This document shows positions 13,683 to 27,505 of a DNA stretch of 64,000 nucleotides, piece after piece (the first letter of the stretch is position 1; every line of letters starts with the position of its first letter). The notes beneath the pieces were generated by a model. The model saw only the letters and a list, made by a program, of their open reading frames with translations. It did not search any database and was not told where the DNA came from. The stretch is from Octopus sinensis (Eukaryota). The position numbers and the translations under genes were made by a program. The stretch is taken from the NCBI RefSeq assembly GCF_006345805.1, contig NW_021833066.1, positions 22,675 to 86,674 on the forward strand, given 5' to 3'.

Positions 13683-14184
13683 ATTTTCAGAAATTGTCCT
13701 TCCATTTCTTTTTTTCTCACTTGAGATGGCACGGTTTCAATTCAGAGAATTTTGGCTGCTGTTTCTAGCAGATTATCCGAATGAGTAATAGTCCCGTAAC
13801 GGTGTCAGAAATTAAGGGTTGCGGTGGTTAACAAGGTTTTGGTTATGTTGGTTACTTCCTGGTTGTCATGGTCCTTGTGGTGTTGTTGCTGGTTTAGGTG
13901 GTTGTTTTGTTGTTTTTTTTAGTTGTGTCGGGCAAGAGTGGGGTATGGAACCGGGTGCGATAATTGCGCCAATGGAGGTGGGGCGAGGCGGGGTTGAAAA
14001 CGAAGTGGATGACCAACTATGACATTTTGAATTGATCGGTGGAATAACAAGATTTCCACCATCGCCAAAGGCACGTCTGTTTGTTGTGTATTTGACAGGA
14101 CACAATATGGCGCACAATAGCACTAATTACTGACTCAAATAATAATATAAGTATGGATGCATGTATATGTGTGTGTGTGTATCC

Positions 14185-14288
14185 GTGTGTGTATCCGTGC
14201 GCGCGCGTGTGTATATGCGTGTGTAAGCAATGTAATATATGCATATACATATAAGCATATACATATATGTATATATAAAATGCATACG

Positions 14289-14319
<31 letters not shown>

Positions 14320-14610
14320 ATGTGTGTAGGTGTGTTTATGTCTGTGCGCGCGTGTGTATATGCGTGTGTAAGCAATGTAATATATGCATATACATATACG
14401 CATATATACATATATGTATGTATAAAATGCATACGTATATATATACGTGTGTGTTTATGTGTGTAGGTGTGTTTATGTCCGTGCGCGCGCGTGTGCATAT
14501 GTGTTTGTTCGCAATACATATGTAATATATACATAATTATATACGCATATATATATGTATATATAAAATGTATACGTGTATATATATATACACGTGTGTG
14601 TGTGTGTGTG
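14185..14610. repeat. Higher-order ~140 bp repeat (x3) built from GT/AT/GC microsatellite pieces
   Basis: GCGCGCGTGTG...GCAAT...TATAAAATG.ATACGT recurs at ~14200, ~14346 and ~14484. Confidence 0.75.
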
Positions 14611-15271
14611 TACATAGTTATGTATGCAGGTATGTACGCAGTGTCGTGAAAATTGAAAGGCGAGACACACATTCAGTTCCAACAAATTATGCAAGTGTAC
14701 ACAGCATAAACGCACTACATAAGCACATACACATTACACACACACGCATATATACATACACACCCACACACAAATGCGTGTGCACTTCTGTGTAAAGTGT
14801 TTTATACGCATGCGTCTTGGTGCCGAAGTAAACACTGTTTCCATAAGCTATGCGTTAGTAGATGTGTATGCGTGTATTTGTTTGTGCGTACGTGTTTGTG
14901 TACAAGTATGAACGCATTATATCAACATACCCATAAATATGCATATTTATATATGATATATATGTATCTGTATGTATATATAAGTATATATATATACATA
15001 TATATATATACACTTATATATATTTATATATATATATATATATATATACATATATATACATACATATATACATACATAAATATATATATGTATATATATA
15101 TACATACGTATATATATATTTCATATGTATAGAAGTCTTTCTATGTGCATGTGTGTGTCCTAACCTATATGTGTGTATTCGTTCGAATGTAAAAATTTAA
15201 ATGTATATATTTATATAATGCAATATCTAAGTGAACTACATATTTGTGGGTATAACACACACACACACACA

Positions 15272-15339
<68 letters not shown>

Positions 15340-15346
<7 letters not shown>

Positions 15347-15646
15347 TATACATACATATATATATGTATATATATATATATATATATAAAGTTAATTCAA
15401 ACAAGAAAGCACAAAAAACACAACATATATAAACATCTACATACATACATATATATATATATACATATATATATCTACATACATATATGTATACATACAT
15501 ATATATACATACATACACACGTGTATACACATATATATATATGTGTGTGTGTGTGTGTGTTTGTGTGTGTATGTATGTGTGTGTGCGTGCATGTGTGTGT
15601 ATCAAATGAATGTATATAAATCGAAGGTGTGAGTGAAAGAAGGAGA

Positions 15647-15689
<43 letters not shown>

Positions 15690-16398
15690 AAATGTCGGAT
15701 AAGACGAAAAGTTTTAAAATAATATAATCAGGCAATTACTAGCGCAGTGTTATTTAGATTCTCATTGGTTGTCTTTCAATAACATTTATTGACGTAGAAG
15801 TCGATTATTGGTTAGCAATTTCCGGGCATTCTCATTTAACATGGCTCTCGGTGGCGGTAGCTTTATTTCGAAAGCGGATATTTGTTGTTCTTCTCAACTA
15901 GAAGCCTTCCATCTTCAAAGTTTGCAATGGCAATTGAGAATTTTTAAATGTAACAGCCAAAAGCAATTTAAGATTTGCGGCCTAACCTCTTCAAGATGTT
16001 TGACGCGTTTCCATCAACAAGCGTCCAGCCATTTTTACTTATTTTTTCGTTTCTTCTTTATTTTTTTTCTTTCTATTTCTTTTATTTTTTTTTACTGAAT
16101 TTTTATTTTATATTTGAAGAACCGATACAGAGTAAAGGCAGCGTTTGGTTTTGTGGGACGAACTTCTTTTCCGTTGATGATTTTATGAATCATTCGTAGC
16201 AACAAGCCTACACACACGCACACACAGAAAGAAAGAGGAGAGAGAGAGACAGACAGATAGACAGAAAGAGAGAGATAGCCACACATTCAGAATACATGTG
16301 TGTAAGGCACTCCTATGTACGTATCTACATAATTGGTACTCACATATGTACATAGGTATATTTATATATATACATGCATATATGTCTGTATATATAAT

Positions 16399-16430
<32 letters not shown>

Positions 16431-16465
16431 TTACATATATATGTATATGCATATATATGTGTCTG

Positions 16466-16499
<34 letters not shown>

Positions 16500-16595
16500 A
16501 ACATATGTATGTATTTACATAGATATTTATATGTATATACATATATAAATATATAAATATGCATATATGTCTTTGTGTGAAATATGATATAGTAG

Positions 16596-16636
<41 letters not shown>

Positions 16637-16898
16637 TATAAAGTTAATTCAAACAAAAAGCACAAAAAACACAACATATATAACCTCTACATACATACAT
16701 ATATATATATACATATATATATCTACATACATATCTATATGTATACATACATATATATACATACATACACACGTGTATACACATATATATATATGTGTGT
16801 TGTGTGTGGTGTTTGTGTGTGTATGTATGTGTGTGTGCGTGCATGTGTGTGTATCAAATGAATGTATATAAATCGAAGGTGTGAGTGAAAGAAGGAGA

Positions 16899-16942
<44 letters not shown>

Positions 16943-17825
16943 GAAAATGTCGGATAAGACGAAAAGTTTTAAAAATAATATAATCAGGCAATTACTAGCG
17001 CAGTGTTATTTAGATTCTCATTGGTTGTCTTTCAAAACATTTATTGACGTAGAAGTCGATTATTGGTTAGCAATTTCGGGCATTCTCATTTAACATGGCT
17101 CTCGGTGGCGGTAGCTTTATTTCGAAAGCGGATATTTGTTGTTCTTCTCAACTAGAAGCCTTCCATCTTCAAAGTTTGCAATGGCAATTGAGAATTTTTA
17201 AATGTAACAGCCAAAAGCAATTTAAGATTTGCGGCCTAACCTCTTCAAGATGTTTGACGCGTTTCCATCAACAAGCGTCCAGCCATTTTTACTTATTTTT
17301 TCGTTTCTTCTTTATTTTTTTTCTTTCTATTTCTTTTATTTTTTTTTACTGAATTTTTATTTTATATTTGAAGAACCGATCAGAGTAAAGGCAGCGTTTG
17401 GTTTTGTGGACGAACTTCTTTTCGTTGATGATTTTATGAATCATTCGTAGCAACAAGCCTACACACACGCACACACAGAAGAAAGAGGAGAGAGAGAGAC
17501 AGACAGATAGACAGAAAGAGAGAGATAGCCACAATTCAGAATACATGTGTGTAAGGCACTCCTATGTACGTATCTACATAATTGGTACTCATATGTACAT
17601 AGGTATATTTATATATATACATGCATATATGTCTGTATATATATTATATATATATATATAACATATACATATATTTACATATATATGTATGCATATATAT
17701 GTGTCTGTATATAATATATATATTATATATACACACACAAACATATGTATGTATTTACATAGATATTTATATGTATATACATATATAAATATATAAATAT
17801 GCATATATGTCTTTGTGTGAATATA
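15340..17825. repeat. Tandem duplication of a ~1.24 kb unit
   Basis: AAGTTAATTCAAAC at ~15389 and ~16641; colinear unique cores differing mostly by 1 bp indels; junction in (AT)n. Confidence 0.9.
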
Positions 17826-17881
17826 TATGTATATATATATATATATCTATATATATATATAGGAATGGATATATATATATA

Positions 17882-17925
<44 letters not shown>

Positions 17926-18249
17926 TGTTATATAATTACATGCATACTTTCATACATGAATATATATGTATATATGTACATATATATGCACATACATATA
18001 CGTGTGCATGCATGCATATACATACATGCAATCAAACTGGAATACTTATGTAGCCATTAGTTAATTTTCTTAGCCGTCCCTTCGAAGTCGTCCTTCTTGT
18101 CAACGCGAGACTTTATGCAACGCTTACAAATGTTCGACTAAATAAAACGACCACATATGTGACCTTTTCTATTGAGAATGAGTAGGTTTCTACTTTGTTC
18201 ACTGCATAAAATTACAGACGTTATATAAATGTGTTTCATACATACATAC

Positions 18250-18289
<40 letters not shown>

Positions 18290-18294
18290 TATAT

Positions 18295-18336
<42 letters not shown>

Positions 18337-18980
18337 CTTCGTTTATACGAGTAGTGAGCGAGGGGTAGTGAAGAAATACACACGTACCTTTTACTTAAGA
18401 CATGCAGTATCAGAAATATTGACTCAATAAAGTAATTTCGGTAAAATCCATTTTCCTTTTGTTATTTCCGGCTGGTAATTTTGTTTGTCCGCCATTTTGT
18501 GAATAAAACTTATTTTGCTAATGCGAGAAATTACTTCATAAAATGTTACTTTGCATGCGTATATCTGTTTGGTTTATATTCGATATTATACGTAAGCAAG
18601 TACGCATTCTTTATGTGTATACTTATGTTATTTCAGATACCTAAACCAGCTTGCAATGTTCAAATATGCGTGTACCAGCCGTGTGTTCAAACTCCGTATA
18701 GGCCAATTTGCCTTTCATCTCTTCGAATTCAATGAAAAAGGCAGCAGACCAGGGCATTAAAGTGATGAAACGCTGAAGCATCGGTCAAGATGTACTGTGG
18801 TATCTATTTCAGGTCTGTGTTTCATGGTTCAAATCCTACTCCCCATCGCTTCATAAAACAGAATCATTCAAGACTCAGTAAAAATCGTAATAGACTTACG
18901 AAGTTCTTAAGCAAGAATACAACTCCAGTGCAATCTCTACACATTTTACTACCTCTTTCTATCTCCAACACACACACACA

Positions 18981-19013
<33 letters not shown>

Positions 19014-20424
19014 ACACACACTCTCTCTCTAACACACACACTCTCTCTCTCTCTATAACACACATTCTCTCTCCCTTACTGTGTATGTATGTGTATACAT
19101 ATGTATGCATCAATACAATACAAACATATATAAGTTTATATGATGCATGCCTAACATACAAGTCAGTGTGTTTGTAATGCTATTTATATATACAAAGACA
19201 TATATCTCAATACTACGGGCGTTTTCTTCGTTTTATTTTGTGGTTAGTTACAATGATTTGAGTATTTATTTGGAAAAAAGAAAAATCATATTTGCAAGTG
19301 CATAGTAAGATGTGAATTTAGAGCCGTGTTAGTTTCACCAAGTAAGAGGATTTGGATCGCATCGTCATTTATCACGTGGTTGTGAAATTTGTGAAATTTT
19401 GTGAACAACATTAATTAAATGATCTTTTCTGTTGGTGAGTAACAAATGCCAGTTGTCTGAAATTGATGCGAGTACAAGTAACAGACACCAAAGTAATTAA
19501 TACTTAATAAGACACCTCTTTAAAGACGAGTCATTTAATTATAGCTTTCGATATCAAATTGTGCGTGCTTTATGCATAGTTTAAACGATTTGTATTTAAG
19601 CATTTCGCCATCGAATTTTGGATTTCTCCTGTAGAAACTTTATTTTTCTGTGAATTGGTTCAGACTGCTGCTAAAAATTAAAGATAAGACCAAACAATTA
19701 ATCAACAACCTAAACCATCCTTTGTGCAATATTTTCTATTCATTACTTTTCTACAACAAACCTCACCTGTAAACTCTCATAAAAGACAGAAATCTTATAA
19801 ATTCTTTAACTCTATAGATATTTTTTCACTTCTTCCTAAAACTCAATTGTTTATTCACTCGAAAAGAATAAGAAAAAATAATTTTGAAATCTTCTTAAAA
19901 CTTAATGTGAGTTTTAACAGCTATAAAATATACCGTGACGAGGAGCAATAGATACGAAAATAATCACGTTGAGATCGTTAGAATAATATATGTCTAGACA
20001 TTAATAACTGTACGTCTATTGGCAATGTGTGTAGTTAGTGTACAAAAGCTACAATGGCGAACGAAAATATGTTGCTCATTAGAAAAACAAAAGAGCGAGA
20101 ATTCATGAGAGAAATGAGGGTTGAAGGGAAAACATAATGATCGTATAGAACTTATAAAGGAATAATTGTAAATAGAGAAATACTGGAGGATAGAAATAGT
20201 TCCTTTCTGTAAAGCGCGCGCAAGCGTATGGCAGTGCAGTATTACAACAACAGCATTGCAACACAATCCGGAAGAAAACTGCTGGGGCCCAGGTTTGAAA
20301 AGGCAGGGATCTGAGTGAAGAAAAACAGAAAAAGACTGTCAGTGCTGAGAACAATGAAGAAAAATCACTGAGGGTGATTGCATGCGAGAGAGTGAAGGGC
20401 TTCAGAAGAGTTGCAATTATGGCC

Positions 20425-20885
20425 ATCGATAAAATAATTATTTCTAATTTAATCACCAAACTTGAGATATATATATGGACGGAGTTAATCCATCGATTCC
20501 AGTATTTGGTTGGTGTTTTATCGATCCCAAATGGAAGGGAAGTAAAGTTAACCCCAGTAAGATTTTAAACTCAAAATGTAAAAGTCAGGAAAATACCACA
20601 AGGTATTGCTTCCGGCGCTCTAACGACTCTGCCAGCTCACCGTCTTATATTACCGTTTCTAATTTAGGCACAAGAGCAAAGATTTTGTGGTTTTGATAGG
20701 AGGATGGGGGGACGGGGGGGGAGGGTTAGCCAATAATATCATCGCCAGAAATTGATTGATATTTCATTTTATCAACTCTGGAGAGAAGATAGTCAAAGCT
20801 TACGTCAACGGGAAATGAACTCGAACGGAAGAAATAGCGCAAGGCATTTTGTCCGACAGTATAAGAGTATAGCCATTCCATTGCT
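20425..20885 (-). mobile_element. Two degenerate SINE family 1 copies
   Basis: Reverse-complement head (ACGACTCTGCCAGCTCACC ~20625-20643) and decayed core; second copy at 20740-20885. Confidence 0.55.
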
Positions 20886-21685
20886 CTTACTAGCAATATA
20901 CAAACTGCGTTACATATATCTTGATTTACAACTCACAATAAACCGCCTCAGCTTTAGTTAATCCTAACAACCCAAGCAATCATCCTCGATCTTTTGCATG
21001 CAACACTATTCTTTTCTACCTCTGCCCTTCGACCCAAACACATCTACCCAAATCGATCCTAGCAATCACTCCTACCTTATCTCAAAGCTTTCCCTTGCAC
21101 CATAAATAATCTCATGTACAGCTTGAAGTTTCTATCATAAGATAACATTAGAAAATCCGATCGGAGATAAGCTCACAGATTCACAGTGTACAATAAGGAC
21201 ATCCGATTTAACAACACGCCGCCGGTCAGCTAAGGAACTCAGTCTAACACCTGACACACTACCGTTTTAGATATTGTTTTACGTTCCGCCTTCGAAGAGA
21301 ACATGAATCTATAATGTTTCTTCAAACTTTTCAATCATGCAGTTTGAAATTTTCAACTTAGGCTTTTTAAAACTTTACTCTTTTAATATACACACACGGA
21401 CATTATAATTCAAATGTTACCCACATGCAAATGAGTATCTGATTGTGATACATAAAGGCAATCAATCACACGCCAACTATTTTCTAATGGACAATTCAAT
21501 CAATAAATATATACACGCGCACCCGCCGTGTGTATATATGTAAATGTATATGGTGATAGACTTACGAAGTTCTTAAGCAAGTATCCAACTCCACTGAAAT
21601 CTCAGCACATTTTACTACATCTTTCTCTTACAATCTCTCCCTCTCTCACTCTGTCTCTCTCTGTCTCTCTCTCTCTCCCTCTTAC

Positions 21686-21766
<81 letters not shown>

Positions 21767-21769
21767 TAT

Positions 21770-22216
21770 ATATATAATATATATATATATAACATTAAAT
21801 AATGAGGGAGATAAATTGGATATTAATTTAATTAATATCAATTTAAAACCAGTAGCCTAGCATACTAAAATCTGAAAAATCAGAGAAAATTCTAATGCAT
21901 GTGTATATTTAAAGGGCTAAAAACCACTATAAACCGCCTTGTAAATTTGCGTGGATGAACTCCTAATTTTTTTCTTTCGTTGTCTCTTTCTCTCTTTCAC
22001 TTTTTAACTGTCTCCTTCTCCCTCGTTCCCTCTTCCCCCCCCCCTCTCTCACTCTCTTCCTATTTGTTCGCTGCAACGAAGGAGAAATAGATCTGAAACG
22101 TCAAGTATTTCTTCCTTTCATTTAATCAACGTCAGCTAATACAACATTCAATCGTTATATATTTTATGTCTACATGTTTACAGAGATTATACATACCTGC
22201 ACACACACACACACAT

Positions 22217-22295
<79 letters not shown>

Positions 22296-23076
22296 TGTGA
22301 GTGTGTGTATATATGTATGCATGTATGCGTTTGTGTGGATGTAAATTTGCTCGTTTTATTACTCAAGGTTAAGGCTATGCTCGGCCTCCGCATATAGAGT
22401 TGAATGCGCTAAATCTATTGTACCGTTTCCCAATACGACCAACGGTTCAATATTTATACAATATTATATGATTTTCTTATTAAGTTGATATGAACGAGGT
22501 CGGTTTGACAAGTTGTTGTCTGTTAGAATATATTGCGTGTGCTTTATAATATCCACGTACGTACATGCATTCATATATATATATATATATATATATATAG
22601 ATATATAATAACATTAAATAATGAGGAGATAAATTGGATATTAATTTAATTAATATCAATTTAAAACCAGTAGCCTAGCATACTAAAATCTGAAAAATCA
22701 GAGAAAATTCTAATGCATGTGTATATTTAAAGGGCTAAAAACCACTATAACCGCCTTGTAAATTTGCGTGGATGAACTCCTAATTTTTTTCTTTCGTTGT
22801 CTCTTCTTTCTCTCTCTCTTCTTTTTTAACTGTCTCCTTCTCTCTCGTTCCTCTCTCCCCCCCCTCTCTCTCCCTCTCTTCTCTTTTATCTCTCTCTTCG
22901 CTCTTCCCTATTCTGTTCGCTGCAACGAAGGAGAAATAGATCTGAACGTCAAGTATTTCTTCCTTTCCTTTCATCATTTAATCAACGTCAGCTAATACAA
23001 CATTCAATCGTTATATATTTTATGTCTACATTGTTACAGAGATTATACATACCTGCACACACACACACACACACAT

Positions 23077-23124
<48 letters not shown>

Positions 23125-23125
23125 C

Positions 23126-23156
<31 letters not shown>

Positions 23157-23440
23157 TGTGAGTGTGTGTATATATGTATGCATGTATGCGTTTGTGTGGA
23201 TGTAAATTTGCTCGTTTTATTACTCAAGGTTAAGGCTATGCTCGGCCTCCGCATATAGAGTTGAATGCGCTAAATCTATTGTACCGTTTCCCAATACGAC
23301 CAACGGTTCAATATTTATACAATATTTATATGATTTTCTTATTAAGTTGATATGAACGAGGTCGGTTTGACAAGTTGTTGTCTGTTAGAATATATTGCGT
23401 GTGCTTTATAAATATCCCTACGTAACATGCCATTCAATAT
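21770..23440. repeat. Tandem duplication of a ~0.83 kb unit
   Basis: AACATTAAATAATGAG at ~21791 and ~22609; colinear to ~22575 and ~23435; junction in (AT)n. Confidence 0.9.
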
Positions 23441-23959
23441 ATATATATATTAATATATATATATATATATATAATATGTAAGTATATGTAATATATGTGT
23501 ATATGTATCTGAAGCATATATGATGTATATATATATATATATATGTGTGTGTATGTATGTATGTAAATGTATAATAAGGTATACATTTATTAGATACTTA
23601 TTGATTTCATCTGAACATTTTCTTTTCTATTATGTGCGTATGTGTGTATATACGCATATATATATAAATAATATATATATATATATATATATATACTCAC
23701 ACAAACATATATATATATATATATACACACACACAAACATATAAGTAAACACACACAAACACGCGCTCACACAACCACACTCACAACATATATATATATA
23801 TATATATGCGTATGTATGGGTGTGTGTACGAGAACGTGTATATGTGGCTGCCATTTGAAATTCTGAGGTAAATAGGAGAAAGCTAACCATGAAAATCACA
23901 CCCACCTCTACTGACCCATCGCCTTCCATATCTCACCATCAAACCCTTCTCTTTTTGTG

Positions 23960-24012
<53 letters not shown>

Positions 24013-24139
24013 TTCTCTCTCTCTAATTCGGTCTCTGCACAAAACCTAAAATGGTATTAATCTTTACTCGTTTTCGTGTTTCATATAAAACGAACGTCCA
24101 GCAATTTAAAGCTGCTGCAACTACTTCAGGTACAACGAC

Positions 24140-24479
24140 AATAACAATAATAATAATAATGATAATAATAATAACAACAACAACAACAACAACAATAATA
24201 ATAATAATAATAATAATAACTACAATTACAATAATAATCAGTGCGTTGACGTCTATGGACACTATATCTTTAGATTTTGTTGAAGAAGAAGAAGACGAAG
24301 AAGATGAAGATGATGATGATGATGATGTCTGTAAATGATAAAAGCAACAACAAAAAGAACCACCACAACACAAACATTATTAATAATATTAATAATAATA
24401 ATATAATAATAATAATAATAATGATGATGATAATAATAATAATATAATAATAATAATAATAATGATGATGATGATGATA

Positions 24480-24514
<35 letters not shown>

Positions 24515-24530
24515 TAAAATGATGATGATG

Positions 24531-24567
<37 letters not shown>

Positions 24568-24628
24568 TGAGATAATAATAATAATAATAATAATAATATG
24601 ATGATGATGAATAATAATAATAATAATA

Positions 24629-24668
<40 letters not shown>

Positions 24669-24712
24669 TAATAAAATATAATAATAATATAATAATAATA
24701 ATAATAGTTGTA
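24140..24712. repeat. Compound (AAT)/(AAC)/(GAT)n microsatellite
   Basis: Direct reading. Confidence 0.92.
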
Positions 24713-25869
24713 ATACTAATCGCCAGACATTTCCTGCTAATCAATGGACGCTTTCTCCAAGTAATATCGCCCCTCACCAATGTCCTTTCAACTTGTTTCA
24801 ACCTCGACTTTGCCTTCAAATTCATCCACGTCATTTCCTAGTTTCTCCTCTATAATCAATCTATGTTGCAATATTTCTTTCTACTTTCACTTTCATCTCA
24901 TTTCTCTGTCTTTTTCCTTCTTGCGTTGTGTTGTTGTTCTCTTTGCTGTTGTTGTACTTGTCTTTCAATATTAGCGGGTAAGGTGTGTTGCGATGCCACG
25001 TGTAGTGTGGCTTGTATTTTCGCGCCTTTTCGCTAGAGTTCTATTCTTTTTTTTCTCCACCTCATCGCTGACTTTTAACTCACCTCGTGTGCATGAGATT
25101 GTGTGTGCCTGCGTGTGAACTATATTGCTACATATGTGTGTGTGTGTGTGTGTGTACGTATATATGTTAATGTGTATATATATGTATGTATATATATATG
25201 TGTGTATGTGTATATATGTATGTGTATATATGTCTATGTATATATATGTATATATATATGTATATATATATGTATATATACGTATGTGTGTATATATATG
25301 CATGTGTACATGAATATAAATATATCCATATATTATAAACATCTCTCATACTTGTAAAATCATATAATAAATACGTCTTTATGCTTGCATATATACATTT
25401 ATATATATATATATATATGTATGCGTGTGTATTTATGTGTATATGTATATATATATATGCATGTAGGCATATATATTATATATATATATATAGATATATA
25501 TATATTGTGTGTGTGTGTGTGTGTGGTATGTTATTTATATATATATATGTATATATATATATTATATATGTATATTTATACATATAAGTATTACGTGTGT
25601 GTGTGTATGTGTGCTGCGTGAATGTATATATACTTACAAACAAATCTAATGTAACATATCTGCATACATTCTATTATTTAAACGAAAAATTAATAGATAA
25701 TGCTACCGAAGACAGAAGGTTTTTGAACGCTGTCTTTATCTTCATGACAGCTTATCATTCATAGACTATTTTCAAGTTGCTCACCATGAAATTAGACTAA
25801 CCGCTCTGATAGTGAAGGCAAGTCATTGCAATGCTGGGTTCGGGGTGTTATGGTCATCTTTTATAACCA

Positions 25870-26530
25870 TTATTATTTCCATTTCACTTCCCACAACTCT
25901 CAGTTTCGCTTGCTCCGTTTAGTTCTGTAAGAGCGGGCAACAACCCCTTGTTAAAAGTTCTCACAGAGTCTCTATCATCAAAGCAGCAGTCTCAAACTTA
26001 TCACTGTCCTCAATAGAGCAGTTTTTCAACATGTTCTACCCTCATATCAATCCCAGTTTCCTCAACAAATTTACCAAACCGATCCTAGTACCCCTGCAAC
26101 CACTGGAGTGACAGTTTCTTCATTACCAACATTTGGGCAATCTCATCTTTTAGGGGCTTGTACTTCTCTGTCTTTTCCAGTTCTTTGTCACCCACATCCC
26201 TAGGTATGGCAATATCTATGATCTTGGAGGCGGCGAGCTGGCAGAAACCGTAGCACGCCGGGCGAAATGCTTTGTGGTATTTCGTCCGCTGATGCATTCT
26301 GAGTTCAAATTCCGCCGAGGTCGACTCTGTCATGATCTCTGACAACTATATATGATCTGTTGGCATTAATTTCTCTATCTGTGTGTATCGGCATATCCCA
26401 GAGTATGGTTGCTTTCCCGTTTTCTGGGACCTTTTCTGGTGTGTGCCCATACCATCTTTTTTCTGTTGTTATTCCATAATGTTGACATAGCTTCCAGTGT
26501 ATCTAGGTTCCAACTCTGTCATGTCTGTGA
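25870..26530 (-). mobile_element. R4/Dong-clade 3' fragment interrupted by a SINE
   Basis: YIHRHDRVG.IHWKLCQHY..TILWDMPIHTDREINANR, then after the SINE IIDIAIP..KTEKYKPLKDEI. Starts directly after (AAT)n and ends in AAATAATAAT. Confidence 0.78.
26228..26330 (+). mobile_element. SINE family 1 head inserted in the R4/Dong fragment
   Basis: GGCGGCGAGCTGGCAGAAACCGTAGCACGCCGGGCG...GAGTTCAAATTCCGCCGAGGTCGAC. Confidence 0.82.
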
Positions 26531-26549
26531 ATATTATTATTATTATTAC

Positions 26550-26640
<91 letters not shown>

Positions 26641-27429
26641 CATCATCATCATCATCCTCATTATCATCATCATCACATCATCATCATCATCATCATCGCT
26701 ATTATTATTATTTGTTGTTGTTGTTGCTTTGGCTGTTGTTATCGTTGTTATTATTAATAATGGTGGTCGTCTTGGTGCTGGATACGATTGACTCCATTTT
26801 ATTTATGGCTTGTCTAAGTGCAACTCTTCGCGTCCATGGCTTCATCATTCAGCGCTTCTCAGTATTCCATCGATAGGGAAAATATTTATGTGTATAGATT
26901 TCGATTCTCTCTTGTCTACTCTCTAACATTCTCCTCGCTCCACCTTTCTCTCTCTTTGTTTCACTCTCTCTCTCTCTTTCTCTCTGCCACGTAATCCATT
27001 AAACCGCATCTCTTCAACCTTTCATGAGGATACATACATATATACATACATATATATGTATGTAAGTATGTATGTATATATGTATGCATGTATGTATGTA
27101 TATATATATATATTTATATATATATACATATATACAAATATATATATATTATATATATGTATGTATATATGTATGTGTGTGTACGTATGTATATATGTAT
27201 ACACCTAAATATACACATATATATGTGAGCATACATATACATATACCAAGATATAAATAATAGCATCTAAAAAAGTTTGACTGAAAAATGAAATATACAT
27301 ACATACATATATAATATAATATAATATTATATATATTATATGTATTTCTATATGTTTATACATATGTGTGTATGTATATATATATATATATATAATATAT
27401 GTATTTCTATATATACATATGTGTGTATG

Positions 27430-27460
<31 letters not shown>

Positions 27461-27463
27461 ATA

Positions 27464-27505
<42 letters not shown>

